Shown here: piece after piece, positions 63,392 through 64,000 of the stretch
Position numbering within the stretch: position 1 is the stretch's first letter
How the letters are laid out: every line of letters starts with the position of its first letter
From: Orbicella franksi
Lineage: Eukaryota
Direction: 5' to 3'
Assembly (NCBI GenBank): GCA_964199315.1
Contig: OZ116702.1
Span: 32,116,001-32,180,000, forward strand
DNA: 64,000 nucleotides
Position numbers and translations under genes: made by a program
The notes under the pieces: generated by a model
Seen by the model: the letters and a program-made list of their open reading frames with translations, nothing else
What the model was told of the DNA's origin: nothing
Database searches by the model: none

Positions 63392-64000
63392 CCAATGATG
63401 TCAATAATGACCAAGTCAGCTCACAATCTAATCAAAATATACCTGTACAAAAGAGATATACATTCTTAATATTTAATTCAGGGATTACACAACATTAACT
63501 TCTCACTGTACAAACATGTAACAAAGAGAAAAATCATTTTGTTGTACGATACTACTATTAATAATTTGCAATTTATTACATGACAAGCCTTGAGGTAATT
63601 ATTCCAAGTGTTCTAAGTGGTTCTATTTTGGTCAACATTTTGCTATATGGACTGTTTTCATGGAAATGGTCATAAGCCATGAACTGTATGTTTTGTTTTG
63701 TACCGTATAAACCATTTACTAATCTAGCTTGCTTGAGCGCTTGAGCCATGCTGGGGAATATCCGAAATGCCATGACCTTAGGCCAATATTCCTCAGTATG
63801 GCTCTTGTGCTTGTTAGTAAGTAAGAGGTTTATAAGTGTCACCCTATTTAAATAAAGGTTGTTTGATTGATTGATTGAAGAGGTTATTATTTCAATCATT
63901 ACAGTAATTATTTTAATATTTAATATAATTTAATAGCTAAAACTAAGGGATAGTAATTCCTTTACCAACAAATCCTCGGAAGAAACATTTCAGTAGAATG

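Noticed and set aside
63576-63899. 107-aa minus-strand ORF upstream of the PRA1-family gene
   Set aside because: Weak start in AT-rich sequence, no recognisable motif, and no phase-consistent link to the PRA1 exon.

Overview
AT-rich eukaryotic DNA with GT-AG introns and dense SINEs/MITEs. The repeat families and receptor type point to an anthozoan cnidarian, probably a stony coral (inference). All recognisable genes are on the minus strand, and three are not evident from the ORF track and were rebuilt by hand from phase-consistent splice sites. Contents from left to right: (1) a 3-exon type II membrane fucosyltransferase-like gene running off the window start; (2) an intronless type II membrane GT-A-like (DxD) gene with an apparent frameshift near its 3' end; (3) a tandem array of about 21 kb with three intact intronless class A GPCRs and one 5'-only pseudogene; (4) a tandem pair of 2-exon fucosyltransferase-like genes; (5) a complete 9-exon MBD5/6 gene (MBD + PWWP, about 1417 aa); (6) a 4-exon PRA1-family gene with an unusual PPxY-bearing N-terminus. 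The most notable observations are receptor paralogs diverging on the ligand-facing side while their intracellular loops stay identical, two recently expanded families (GPCRs and glycosyltransferases) side by side, a speculative relic prepropeptide inside the GPCR repeat unit, and transposon insertions whose 5- and 6-bp TSDs can be read from paralogous empty sites. All identities and counts are hand estimates; no database searches were run.
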